DNA from: Desulfobacterales bacterium
Lineage (GTDB): Bacteria; Desulfobacterota; Desulfobacteria; Desulfobacterales; UBA2174
Assembly: GCA_963668645.2 (NCBI GenBank)
Contig: CAXXWC010000021.1
Coordinates: 864,001-928,000 of the forward strand
Direction of reading: 5' to 3'
DNA length: 64,000 nt
Below the pieces are notes generated by a model, which searched no databases, had not been told where the DNA came from, and worked only from the letters and a program-made list of their open reading frames with translations. Shown here piece by piece: positions 37,233 through 48,168 of the stretch (positions are counted from its first letter, which is position 1; each line of letters begins with the position of its first letter). The position numbers were made by a program, and so were the translations under genes.

Positions 37233-38838
37233 TACATAGTAACCATCTGAGAAAAGCAATTCGTAACGGGTAGACAAGTCAACATACTTTGAGATTTTAG
37301 AATATTTACTAAAACTATTGCGGGGTTTGAACTTCGACTTCATTTTGTCTCAATTTAATAATATAGCGGCTTTCTAAATGGTTATAGTCAAAAAAAGTAT
37401 TCCCAGATATTGGCCAAAATCTAGTGATGAAAGTTCTTTCACCATTGGCTACTTCAGTTAACAAATGAATGTTGAATCCATTGCTTTCAACTAAACAATG
37501 ACTTGTCAATGAAGTGCAGGCAATTGGATATGCTTGATTTGTTTTCTGTGTCGCGATATCAAGCGCTTTGCCAGGCATCAAGTGGACATGTCCATGTAGA
37601 ATTAATTGGATTCTCCACCTCATAAGTGTTTTTAAAAACTCATCAGCGAATTCATTAAGACAAACATGGTATCCATAAGGACATAGGTTGTGATGAATTG
37701 CGCCTATCCGAGTAACACCTTCATTCCGAGTAGATTTTAGAAGGCTTTGTGATAGTTGTGCAAGATATTGCCTGTTTATGCAGCCTTTATCAACTCTTAG
37801 TAGATTTGTTAGAGTGCTTTCTATGTTCCCAGAACCAAATTTTTCAAGAGCTTTTTGAACTTCATCAGGTACACATCCTGAAAAGTAAGATGAAACAAAA
37901 AGAAAAAGTTCAAGATTAATACTTGGATAGTAAACAGATGCAAAAGGTGGTGTATGATCATTAGTTTTATGCCTGAACAATTGAAAATCGATCTTTTCAA
38001 TAGCTTCTTCTGTCCCAAATGGAGTGGTAATAATATTGGTAATTGCATTAGTGCGCTGCTGGAAACGATCTAATCTATCAGCACCAAAACCTTCTAACCA
38101 AAGGGTGTCATGATTTCCTGGTACAACTAGAAACCTTGAGGGCCGATATTTACCCCATATACTTTTGCTAAGGTATTCGCAGAAGGAAGAAAACCGATCG
38201 AACTCACTATCATCCGCAACGCTTGTTATATCTCCAGTAATTAAAATAAGATCCGGTGCAATCTGTTGATTTTCTGCACAGGCTTTTTCAAGAATAGATG
38301 CAAGCTCTCTGGGGTCATTCTCGACCAAGTTTAATCGACCGAAATGAATATCAGACAATTGCCAGATCACAGCATCGATAGTATTCTCTAAAGATAGCTC
38401 ATTTATTAAAGCTTTCCTGTTGAAAGTGGTAAATGGAGTAACGTAAGTCAGTTCATTATCTATTATTGAAGCAACAATAGAAAAGGAGCCTTTACATCGT
38501 TCCTTTAATTCGTTTTTGGATCTCTCGTCTGGGTACAAAGAATGAATTATTTTTCCACAGTTATCTCTTTCAGAAGGATCTGAAAAGTATTTATCATATA
38601 GGGCATAATTGTATTTAAATAGGTCTAGTAACTCGACAGTCCAAAGTTCTGGCCCCCAGACAAAGGGCAGCAGGTACGGTCCGACGAATTACGTACCTGA
38701 GACAGATCGCTATACAAAGATAAAGATCAACAATAACAGGCTTATATAAGAATTCAGACGGGTACGTAAAAAATTACTTGACATACCTACAGAGTGCCTG
38801 TATCCTCCTTTCAAACCAACTATGAAAGGAGGTGCCCT

Positions 38839-39156
38839 ATGGACCAATTCGAAAAGTATCTTCAATTCCAAAAGGAGGTTGCGCAAGCTACGATCAAGGT
38901 TGTCGAGCGCTTCCAGCAGCCAGGGGAAGAACGGCTAAAGAGGCGTACGTCTAATATCGATATCGTGCTGGACGTACTCCAAACCGCCGGCCGCCCCTTG
39001 CATGTCACCGAGATTATTGACCTGGCCAAGCAGGACCACGACACCGAACTCAGCCGAGACTCCATCGTCTCGGCCTTGTTGAAAAAGGTCCATGCCGGCC
39101 TGGGTGTTGTACGAACAGCCCCCAATACCTTCGCGATGGCAAAGGAGGGGCCATGA
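38839..39156 (+). CDS. Small winged-HTH-like protein inside the IS
   Basis: AGGAGG RBS; DIVLDVLQTAGRPLHVTEIIDLA; ATGA overlap with the transposase. Confidence 0.7.
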   Translation: MDQFEKYLQFQKEVAQATIKVVERFQQPGEERLKRRTSNIDIVLDVLQTAGRPLHVTEIIDLAKQDHDTELSRDSIVSALLKKVHAGLGVVRTAPNTFAMAKEGP

Positions 39157-40797
39157 TCGGTCATATCAGCCGCATCCTGGAAGCCTTCCGGCCCTGTTTC
39201 ACGCGCCAGGCAGCCTATCACTGGTTCGTGACCGTGGTACTGGGCTTTATCGTGCGCATCGACCACTGCGGGGCCAGTTCCTTTGTCCGCTGGCTCGCGA
39301 TCCGGCCCTCGCTGTACACGGCGATGCTGTCGTTTTTCCGGGCCCGGTCCTGGAAGCTCGGCCCGATCATGCGCCGCTGGTGGCAAATCGTGTTGGAGCG
39401 ATGCATTCCAGTCAAGATCGACGGTCGCCTGGTGCTCGCCGGCGACGGTATCAAGGTCTCGAAGGAAGCCGAAAAGATGCCCGGCGTCAAACGGCTTCAT
39501 CAGGAGTCGGACAACTCGGGCAAAGCCCCGTACATTTACGGGCACCACTGGGGAGTGATCGGTGTTCTTGGCGGTTGGAGTAAAAAAAATCTTCTGCATC
39601 CCGCTTTGTGCCGAGCTCCATGAAGGCGTAGAAACGCTTCGCCGCTTCCAAAAAAAGGCCGATCCGCTGGTCGACGGCCAGCCCAAGGTCAGCATCACCA
39701 GTTTGATGGCGGCCATGGCGGCAAAGTCGGTGCCGGCACTGGGCAGACGGTGTCTGCTGGTACTTGACGCCTACTTCGCCGTGGGACCGGTGTTTGCAAT
39801 CCTCAAAACGGTGCGCGATGCCGCCGGCCGCCGCCTGGTGCATGTGGTGACCCGCGCTAAAAGCAACGTGGTGGCCTACTCCGATGCACCGCCGCCAACC
39901 GGACGCCCCGGCCGGCCACGGGAATACGGTGAAAAGCTTGCGCTGATCGAACTGTTCGATAAGCGCAGGGCATCTTTCGAACAGGCCCGCATCGAGCTGT
40001 ACGGGCAGGTCAAAGACGTGGCCTTTCTGTGTCTGGACCTGCTCTGGAAGCCGGTCGGAGAAAAGATGCGTTTTGTATTGGTCGCCGACGGCGACGAGCG
40101 GTTCATCCTGATGGGGTCGGATTTGACCCTCGGGGCCCGAGACATGATCCTGGCCTACAGTTACCGGTTCAAGATCGAGGTGAGCTTCAAGGTCCTCAAA
40201 CACTTGATAGGCGCCTTTTTCTACCGATTCTGGACGACTGCCTGGCCCCGAATTGGAAAAGCCAACAACAGCGATCTTTCAACCGTCAACGACGACCGGA
40301 GCCAACGGCTGATTGCTGAAACGACCGACGCCATCGAGGCCTTTGTCAACTTCGGCTGCATCGCCACCGGGATTCTTCAGATCCTGGCGCTGAACTGCCA
40401 CAAAACGATCTGGGGACAGTATGCGGGATGGCTGCGAACCGTCAGTTCTGTCATCCCGTCCGAAGAGGTCGTTCAGTCGGTAGTCCAGCAGGAATACTTC
40501 CATAATTTTCGCGATTTCAGCAATGACGCGATTTATACGATAATTATTTCAAAGAGCCGCAGCGACCAGCAGGACGGTGTCTGTCAAGGTAGATGTCGCC
40601 TTTTTTGGAAAAACATTCTCAAAGCTGGCGGCCATGTTCCACATCATCTGCGCGGTAGCCTCCAGCCTTGGCAATGTCAAGGGTCAAGATGAACGCTGCG
40701 CGCCCTTGACATTGCCAAGGCTTCCGGCTCGTGGGCTCATATCGAGATGATTGGCATCATCTCGATTTTTCAATCGCTCTTTGAAAATCATTTCTCA

Positions 40798-41865
40798 TCA
40801 CGCGGCCTTTGAACAAGCCGATACGTTGGGTTGTCCGTTGTCCGGGCAGTTCAGCCAGACTTGCCGGATCGGTTCCCAGTTGCGCGTTGAGCCGCTCCAC
40901 CGATCGTGCCGACGTTTTTTGGCCTGTTCATAGATCTGGTGGCGACTGGCAAGGATCTCGATGTCTTTTCCCGTATGACGCTGGTCGGGGGTGACATATC
41001 GAATCGCGCTGTGGCGGTGTTGCTCGTTGTACCATTTAACGAAACGGTCCACCCACTGCCGGGAGGCTTCAATGCTTTCAAATCCCTTGACCGGATATTG
41101 CGGACGATATTTGAAGGTGCGAAACAGCGCTTCCGAGTAAGGGTTGTCATTGCTCACTCTCGGCCGGCTGTAGGACGGGGTTACACCCAGCGCCTCCATT
41201 TTCGCTTTCATGGTAAAGCCCTTTTGAGCACTCCCATTGTCTGCATGCAGCACGGGCGGATCAAGCAGGCACCCCTGGGCCATAACCGCCTTGTGAAGCA
41301 ACGATGCGGCAAGGTTGGCGCTTTCCATCGGTTGGACTTCCCAACCGACGATTTTCCGGCTGTAAACATCCACAATCATGTACAGGTAATAGAACATGCC
41401 CCGGATTGGTGATGGCAGCCACGTTATATCCCAACTCCAGACCTGATTCGGCCCTGTGGCGCAATAGCCCGCTGGGCGCTTATGGTGATGCGGTTTGGCA
41501 CTCCTGCCGCGGTGATGTTGTTCATCGGCGTCACGAAGGATCCGGTAAAAACTCGATTCGGACGCGATATAGATACCCTGATCGGCCAGGATGGGCACGA
41601 TCTGGCCTGGGGCCAGACTGGCATATTCAGGCTGGTGACAGACATCCAGAACTTGCTGCCTTTCTTTTAGTGTCAGTTTATTTGCCGGTTCCGGCCGCGC
41701 GATGGTCGAACGGGTGTCCGGTTGGACTTCTCCGCTTCGGGTCCAGCGCTGGTAGGTTCGGATACTGATATCAATTACCCGACAGGCCTGCGCCAAGCGG
41801 GCACCATCGCGGCACGCGTCATTGATCAGCGATACAGTTTTACGGCGATCAGCGGTGCTGATCAT
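40798..41865 (-). CDS. IS3-family transposase OrfB (rve integrase core)
   Basis: PNQVWSWDIT, DVYSRKIVGW, LHADNG, SRPRVSNDNPYSEALFRTFK. Confidence 0.92.
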   Translation of the reverse strand: MISTADRRKTVSLINDACRDGARLAQACRVIDISIRTYQRWTRSGEVQPDTRSTIARPEPANKLTLKERQQVLDVCHQPEYASLAPGQIVPILADQGIYIASESSFYRILRDADEQHHRGRSAKPHHHKRPAGYCATGPNQVWSWDITWLPSPIRGMFYYLYMIVDVYSRKIVGWEVQPMESANLAASLLHKAVMAQGCLLDPPVLHADNGSAQKGFTMKAKMEALGVTPSYSRPRVSNDNPYSEALFRTFKYRPQYPVKGFESIEASRQWVDRFVKWYNEQHRHSAIRYVTPDQRHTGKDIEILASRHQIYEQAKKRRHDRWSGSTRNWEPIRQVWLNCPDNGQPNVSACSKAA

Positions 41866-42356
41866 TCGTCCTCGGGGGCCCCCCAGATCGCCTGGACTTT
41901 TTTTTGCAGCACCAGCAGGGCTGCCGCTTCGGCAAGGGCCTTGTCCTTGCGATGGAGTTCTTTTTCAAGATCCCTGATACGCTTACGGTGGGTATTCTGC
42001 TCGGCCTTGAGTTTAATGTTGGCCTGTCTGTCCCAGTCGTTGGCATCTTCACAGGCCCTGCGCCATTGTTCCAACTGATGTGGATAAATGCCTTTTTGTC
42101 TACAGTATTCGGCCGTTTGCTGTTCGTTCAAAGAGGCGCTTTCCATGACAGCCGCGAACTTGTCACGGGCATTCCAGCCCTCGGGACCGGCATCGCCGTC
42201 AGGCATCAAAATCCCTTTCGTCCGGGCTTGCTGGCGCCAATTGTATAACGTGGCTTCACTTATGCCTTCTTCGACAGCCAGATGTTTGATCGTTCGGTTG
42301 TGCGGCGGCATCATCTTTTTGAGAACCGCTTCCTTACGCTCTGGTGAATATCGCAT
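41862..42356 (-). CDS. IS3-family transposase OrfA
   Basis: RYSPERKEAVL, EGISEATLYNWR, ALAEAAALLVLQKK; A8 slippery run at 41898-41905. Confidence 0.9.
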   Translation of the reverse strand: MRYSPERKEAVLKKMMPPHNRTIKHLAVEEGISEATLYNWRQQARTKGILMPDGDAGPEGWNARDKFAAVMESASLNEQQTAEYCRQKGIYPHQLEQWRRACEDANDWDRQANIKLKAEQNTHRKRIRDLEKELHRKDKALAEAAALLVLQKKVQAIWGAPEDE

Positions 42357-43205
42357 GCATGAACCTCCTGCGCCCCTCTTATAAAGGATCTCAGTTCATG
42401 CGACAACTATCCTGACACAGGGGGAGGACTGGATGCCGCTGGCCGCCTGAAGGCGGTAAAACTTCGGACTGTCGAGCTAGTAAGTCGTCATTAGTTCTAC
42501 CAAGATAGTCAATAATAACCCCTCTAATATCAATATTGACTTCAGGATAGCTTTGAATAAGGTTTTTTAACTGCAATGCTTTTTTGAATTTTTCATTCAT
42601 TGGATCATCTTCGCCGAAGTGTTAGACCATTTATATAAGTATAGCAAATTCCCTTGCAATAATAGTTCAAATGAAGCTATTCTACTATCATCCAAACGAC
42701 AATCTAAAACAAAAACACCCATTGGTACTACATCTTGAGATCTACAGGCCTCTATAAGTGATGAAATAGTTTCTCCATTATTAATGCCATCATCAACTAT
42801 TAATATTCTTGAAAAGTTCTTGATGAATTCTATCCCATTATTAACACCAGAAGCGGTAATCTTTCTTAATATTTCACGACTAATTGGATAGATTTTGTTC
42901 GGAGGGACTCCAATAGAATCGGCGACTAAAATAGAGAAATTGATTCCAGTATCTTCACGAACAGTAACAATAGCCTGGGGTAAAGTGTTGGGGAACCATT
43001 TCTCAAATTTATGCTTAACGACATTTTTGAGCCATTTTCTGTAATTCTTTATAATTTTTAATGTGTCTATTCGAAATATAAATTTCCTCTTTTGGGGATC
43101 AGATTCATCGCTAACTAATGCTTTGCTGTCATGGACAATCTCCCAAAAATCGAAAGGGGTTAGTTGATTGTCATCAACGTGTTGAAAATCTTCAAAGCGC
43201 TGAAC

Positions 43206-44784
43206 GTAAGCGTTCACGGGGTAAAGGAAACCGTGGTCTGAGCTATATCCAAGACAGATCGGGCTTGTCGTTGTTGAAGAACGATTCGATGCAGAGTTCC
43301 AGGGTCTGGAAGGTTGATTTCGCTTTTAACCGACAAGTTTCCTTCAGGGAGAGGATACGTTCTACCCAGCGATTTCCTTTTTCACTTTGGGTGCCGAGGC
43401 TGCGCTTTCGCCACAAAACCCCGAAGCGAAGCGCCCGTTCGGCCCGGTTGTTGGTCGGCTCCACGCCCTCGTGTTCGATGAAGAACCAAAGCGAGTCGAT
43501 TTCGCGTAAAATCTGTCGAGCCAGCTGGCCAGCGTCGGATTTATCGGGCTCCCACAGAGACAGCGCGAACAACAGTTGTGCGTAATACTGCTGCCATTGT
43601 CGCGGCGGCGGTGGATCTTTGGCAGATTGAATCAACTGCCGAAGCAAGGATGCCATGATGTGCCCGAAGCGTCGTAGATCAGGTTTTTTCCTCTCGCACA
43701 AGGCATCGGCCTTGCGGATCAGATGGGCAAGACAAGTTTGGCGCCCATGAACCCAGTTTCGGTATAGGCCGTAGGAGTCGCTGACCAGAATTCCTCGCCA
43801 ATCCTGGATCAGCTGGTTGAAGGCATCCTTGGAACGGTGGGCATCGATACGATAGAAGGCCACCCGATCATTGACCATGGCCCACAGCCACTGAAGGCCG
43901 TTTTGGTTAAACCAGGACGTCTCGTCAATGTAATTGCACAGCGAACTGCGGGCCACGTCCCCGATGGCTTTGTATGCCGGAGTAATGGCCTCCGAAGCCC
44001 GGTCGACGATTTTCTGAATGGTGCCCGTGGCGATGGGCATACGCAGAACCGATTCGCATATATGCTTGACATCGTTTCGGCTCATCGCCTTGATGCCGCT
44101 CAACTCGGCGATCAACGCACTCAATCGCGGACCGTATCCATAGCGAACCGGCTCGGGCAGCACGGCCTTGACAGTTTTCCCACAGCTGGGACAGTCGCAG
44201 CGGTGAAGTATAAAATGGCTGATCTCCATTTGGATTTCGGGCAGCTCGATATGCTGATGGGTATAAAACGGTTCCATCCGGCTTCCTCCGAAGTCGGTGT
44301 TGCCGCAACGACAGCGTTCGGGCATCAACGCATGAGATTTATTTGGACTCAGCATTTGCTGCTTGTAGGCCTTATGGCCTTTCTGGCCGCCCTTGGGGCG
44401 ACTTCCTTTTTTTCCATTCTTCCGGCCGGATCGGTCAAACGGGCTGTCGGATGACGGCGGCTTGCTGGAGTTTCGAGAATTTTCCCGGGTCTTCACCTCC
44501 AGCTTTTCGATTCGCTTGCCGTAATCGTCAACTTGCTTCTGCAGATTATGCAAAGCCTGCTCGAGGTAAAGGATATAGTGCCGGACAGGTTCCGGCGTAA
44601 GATGCCATTCAAGGTCTGTGAAGGGTCTTTTCGTCTCCATGGAAAAGAGCCTATCACACTAGAAAACGAATGTCTAGATTTTTTTAACAATTTCAATACT
44701 TTATGTCATAATGTATCTTTCTCTTGTGAATTCAGCATGTTAGACTTCGGAATTGTAACTCCGGGATACCCCGTGAACGCTTAC
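43206..44784 (-). mobile_element. IS66-family element (single ORF, ISBst12-like)
   Basis: Perfect 18-bp IR GTAAGCGTTCACGGGGTA; 8-bp target duplication CGCTGAAC (43198-43205, 44785-44792). Confidence 0.95.
43243..44640 (-). CDS. IS66 transposase
   Basis: NSRNSSKPPSSD, GGQKGH, zinc ribbon, IDETSW, QTCLAHL, PTNNRAERALR. Confidence 0.95.
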   Translation of the reverse strand: METKRPFTDLEWHLTPEPVRHYILYLEQALHNLQKQVDDYGKRIEKLEVKTRENSRNSSKPPSSDSPFDRSGRKNGKKGSRPKGGQKGHKAYKQQMLSPNKSHALMPERCRCGNTDFGGSRMEPFYTHQHIELPEIQMEISHFILHRCDCPSCGKTVKAVLPEPVRYGYGPRLSALIAELSGIKAMSRNDVKHICESVLRMPIATGTIQKIVDRASEAITPAYKAIGDVARSSLCNYIDETSWFNQNGLQWLWAMVNDRVAFYRIDAHRSKDAFNQLIQDWRGILVSDSYGLYRNWVHGRQTCLAHLIRKADALCERKKPDLRRFGHIMASLLRQLIQSAKDPPPPRQWQQYYAQLLFALSLWEPDKSDAGQLARQILREIDSLWFFIEHEGVEPTNNRAERALRFGVLWRKRSLGTQSEKGNRWVERILSLKETCRLKAKSTFQTLELCIESFFNNDKPDLSWI

Positions 44785-46000
44785 CGCTGAACATCTATAA
44801 TTGGTTGTTTTAATTTGCAGAGTAAGCATAAGTTTTCATCAGCAGGATAGTGGTCGCGTTTGATAGTGATAGCGGTATAGATTTCGTGGCCACTTGGCAA
44901 TTTAGTGTCAGAACTCCTCATTGCAGCAATAGAAAAAATCTTAATCGGGATATTGTGTTCATTAAAATTACTTAACTTATCTAGAAATTTCTTTATAGTG
45001 TTCCCAGAATTAATAATATCAGTCAGTATGAGTACCAGATCCGAATTTTCTATGTGGCGCTTAATTTCATAAGTTTCCATGTGGCGGCCAGTTAATGGCT
45101 CATATTTCCTATTATCAGGTTCTGATGCTACAAATTTGTATCCTAAATGATCAATTGAAGCGTTCTCAAGTCCAATTCCAAAAACAGTAATTCTTTGTCC
45201 ATCATATACCAAGGACTTTAAACGAGATAGTAAATCCTGAGATATTCTATCGCGCGTCACAAAATCGAATAAATCATAGTGAGTTCTTGCATGTGAGGAT
45301 TGTAAATTAAAATGACCAATATAACTATTAGTTTCAAATACAAGAGCACGGTACAGATCTTTTTTGGTAAAATTCAATATTTTATTGAAATTTGGTTCGG
45401 GGATTTCAACTTCCGAGACAAATTCGCCACCTTTGAAGAGTATCGCCCTCCTGTTATATCCAATAATATATATTTCATTAGGAAAGTTACCAGATTTTAA
45501 CAAATAACGAAATCTATTTGATTTTACAAAAGAATCAGTATTCCTCGTAAAAACAGTTATGGATATTTCTTTATAAGAAGTATCCTTCTCTCTAATAGCG
45601 GTATATAATCCATAGGAGATCTTATCAGCTAAGGTTCTTGATATTGTGAAGGGCAGTAGATTTAATGAAATATTTCTTATTGGCAGATCATTTTCTGATT
45701 TCTGATTGCTCAATAAAAAGTCATCAAGACCTTTGAGGCACCGAAGTGTAAACTCTGAAATAAACTCATCAAGGGGGGCTTCGAAATCATATAAAGAAGC
45801 TGAGATATCTACTATACTTACAGTCGTCCGGTCACTAATTATTCCCGCGCTCAGAAAAAGATCCACCACGCCATCTTTATTTCTTGTTTGGGCCATCCAA
45901 CTCGAAGCATGCGCTTCTGAAATTCCATATTTCCTTAACAAAAACAATTGTTCAATCGAATAGTCGAAATCAAAAATAGCACAGTATTCCATTGAGTATT

Positions 46001-47302
46001 TCACGCTTTAGTAGGAATAGATATTCGAATCAAATTGCCTTCCCATGGACAGTCATATGGACTATCTTCATAGCCATTTTTCCCACCACGATAAACAAGC
46101 TTAACTCCATCTGAAATGATAAATAAATTTCCTTTGAAAGTTTCAAGAGTATCTTCTTTGATATATGTAAGACCCCATCCCCGCTTTTTAAAGTTATCAG
46201 GATCAGAAAAGTACATCCGAGTAATCCCAGGGCTTGTTGCAAAATCAATTATATTTGAAATCGCTTTTGCATTCTTAGTGTTCATACTGTCATCAGCGCC
46301 CAAGTCTTTCTCTGCCAAAATTAAATTGCGCGAGTATATATCGGGAAGTTTTTCAATGGGAAATATAAATTTTATTCTTTCTTTCTTAGCAAATTCCAAG
46401 AACACCTTATAAATTGTAGATGGTATAGATTTTCCGTTATCAGCAATTGCCAAAATGAGCTCATTTGAATTTCCCATTTTTGAAATGGATAGCATGCCAA
46501 TTGTCGCATCGGGATGCTCTAAAACATTTAAAAGTGATTCAAGAACAAGATGCCCTGAAAATTGAGATGCCTTTAATTTTTCAATAGCGCACTGGTTAAC
46601 AAGGATATCTTCTATCGTTGATCTTTCAAAACTTTTTATACAGTCAGCGATCAAATTTTCATCGACAGATCTAATCCCTGGATAATTAACGTTAGATAAA
46701 TTCCAAATATGAGCAAGTCTTCTAGACACTAATTGTTCAGTTAAACCGTCTCTTTTTATATTTGATGATTTATAATATTTCTGATTTGTACTTACAAAAT
46801 AATCGTATTGACTTTCAACCAATAAACTACTAATGTCGCTTACAATATTATTCAGACCAAGATCGAATCTCCAGCGTCTCAAATAATCAGCACTTTGTTG
46901 AAATTCATCTATTTCACGGCTTGTTGTCCCATTTTTAGGATCTGGTAATCTTAGCTTGAATGAGACCCCGCTTTTTTTGTAAAAATGCAATCCAATAATC
47001 AGCCACAGAATAGCTGAAATATCCCACACTTTCACATCGGAGAAATCCAAAATGTAGGTTGTTTGCTGATCTTTATCTATTTTCTCATTGAACAATGGGG
47101 TTATCTGTTTGCCAGCAAAAAAAGATAGCTGGGTTAATCCAAAAAAACCAGATCGTGTTTGGACCCTGATAGACCTTTCTTCTGGAATAAATAATTGCCT
47201 ATAGGTACTCTTTGGACATTTTGCAGATGGTGACATATCCATTATCCGAAGTATGAAATAATAAAAAAGACTCTTTAGTAAAAAGCCAAATTTTGAAATC
47301 AT
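46001..47302 (-). CDS. STAS-like domain fused to HATPase/GHKL ATP-binding domain
   Basis: ILDFSDVKVWDISAILWL (STAS-like); ESLLNVLEH (N box), IADNGKSI (G1), RGWGL (G2), EGNLIRISIP; alternative start 47242; GTGA overlap with next gene. Confidence 0.8.
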   Translation of the reverse strand: MISKFGFLLKSLFYYFILRIMDMSPSAKCPKSTYRQLFIPEERSIRVQTRSGFFGLTQLSFFAGKQITPLFNEKIDKDQQTTYILDFSDVKVWDISAILWLIIGLHFYKKSGVSFKLRLPDPKNGTTSREIDEFQQSADYLRRWRFDLGLNNIVSDISSLLVESQYDYFVSTNQKYYKSSNIKRDGLTEQLVSRRLAHIWNLSNVNYPGIRSVDENLIADCIKSFERSTIEDILVNQCAIEKLKASQFSGHLVLESLLNVLEHPDATIGMLSISKMGNSNELILAIADNGKSIPSTIYKVFLEFAKKERIKFIFPIEKLPDIYSRNLILAEKDLGADDSMNTKNAKAISNIIDFATSPGITRMYFSDPDNFKKRGWGLTYIKEDTLETFKGNLFIISDGVKLVYRGGKNGYEDSPYDCPWEGNLIRISIPTKA

Positions 47303-47449
47303 ACATCACTGTAACAGGCTGAAATCATAAAGTCCGAAATTGAGAAAATGGCGTTTTTCGGACCTTTTACGAGCGTATCAAATAAAAATAGTTTAGATAG
47401 AACACAAGAATTTCTTTTGTCAATAATTTTAATATACAATTCATCCATG

Positions 47450-47496
47450 CAACAATATGTTGTACATTGCAGGCATATGAGCGCAAGATATAGATA
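47450..47496. promoter_or_regulatory. Tandem NrdR-box-like sites
   Basis: Cores CAATATGTTG (47453) and CAAGATATAG (47484), 31 bp apart, match CwAnATnTwG. Confidence 0.45.
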
Positions 47497-47829
47497 GTAT
47501 TCTTCAAAAACAAATCAAATTAGGCCTGCTTAAGAGATGATAAGCACCTAATTACTGAGAAACTAATCTAGTAGGCTCCCGTTATCTGATTACGTGCATT
47601 AAGCATCTAACAAACCAATCCGCTGCTTACTACCGGCAATCATCATTTACGGCTCTTCCGGGCAGAATTTTACGCCCTCGCAAACAAACACAAAACCCCA
47701 TCCGTCTGTTTCATGGCATTTGGGGTGTTTGGGTGCAATGCCCACAGCTCCTCCAGTTTTGAGTTCACTCAGGTATTGAAGCCATACCAAAGTATCGGAG
47801 GCTACGTCAAATCAAAAGTTCCGCCATAG

Positions 47830-48168
47830 TGCACTCGCGAACGCCCACCGTACCTGTTCACGCTATAGCCGTGATGCAGCCTCCCTGCTCGGCGCACTGA
47901 TCCGCGAAGCGCACACCGAAGGCAAACTAACCGTCCAGAAACTGGCCGACCGCGCCGGCATTTCCAGAGGCCTGCTGCAACGCATTGAAAAATCAGCCTC
48001 AAATGCGAAATCCACGCCGTGTTCGAAGCGCCAACCATCGCCGGGATCAGGCGCTTCGATGCCGATGACCGCATGCTGGCGCAATACCAGCGTCAAACCA
48101 AGGGAGAGCTCGCGCTCCTGCCAAAGTCCGTCCATAAGAAATCCAAGGTGGTGCGCAATGACTTCTAA
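47830..48168 (+). pseudogene. XRE/HipB-like HTH regulator remnant
   Basis: SRYSRDAASLLGALIREA...LADRAGISRGLLQRIEK, frameshift, LKCEI..VFE...LALLPKSVHKKSKVVRNDF*; start decayed. Confidence 0.7.

Larger units (their letters stand above)
40576..42424 (-). mobile_element. IS3-family insertion sequence (nested)
   Basis: IR cores TGTCAAGGTAGATGTCGC (40582) and GCGACAACTATCCTGACA (ending 42417); AGGAC repeated at 40571-40575 and 42425-42429; exact ends uncertain. Confidence 0.85.
39153..42450 (+). pseudogene. DDE transposase; frameshift at A8 (39582-39589), extreme C-terminus split by IS3
   Basis: LAGDGIK, LVLDAYF, YSYRFKIEVSFKVLK (YREK motif); tail WMPLAA* resumes at 42430. Confidence 0.8.
38632..42476 (+). 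mobile_element. IS4-superfamily (IS701/ISH3-like) element carrying a nested IS3
   Basis: IR CTCGACAGTCCAAAGTT / AACTTCGGACTGTCGAG; 7-bp target duplication CTAGTAA (38625-38631, 42477-42483). Confidence 0.88.
37315..42600 (-). pseudogene. Calcineurin-like metallophosphoesterase (477 aa restored), interrupted by an IS4-like element
   Basis: LSDIHFG, ITGDI, VPGNHD, IHHN, LHGHVH; joining 42600-42477 to 38624-37315 gives an open frame ...NDDLLDLFKYNY...HSLYPDER... Confidence 0.9.
42597..46004 (-). pseudogene. Tandem type I phosphoribosyltransferase-domain protein (606 aa restored), interrupted by IS66
   Basis: PRPP-binding motifs LVLILTDIINSGNT and ILIVDDGINNGET; GHFNLQSSH; IS66 removal gives in-frame PIIDVQRFEDFQ. 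Confidence 0.88.

Noticed and set aside
47330..47381. REP-like palindrome remnant (AAGTCCGAAA...TTTCGGACCTTTTACGAG)
   Set aside because: Single degenerate copy in this window; a repeat family cannot be established without the rest of the genome.
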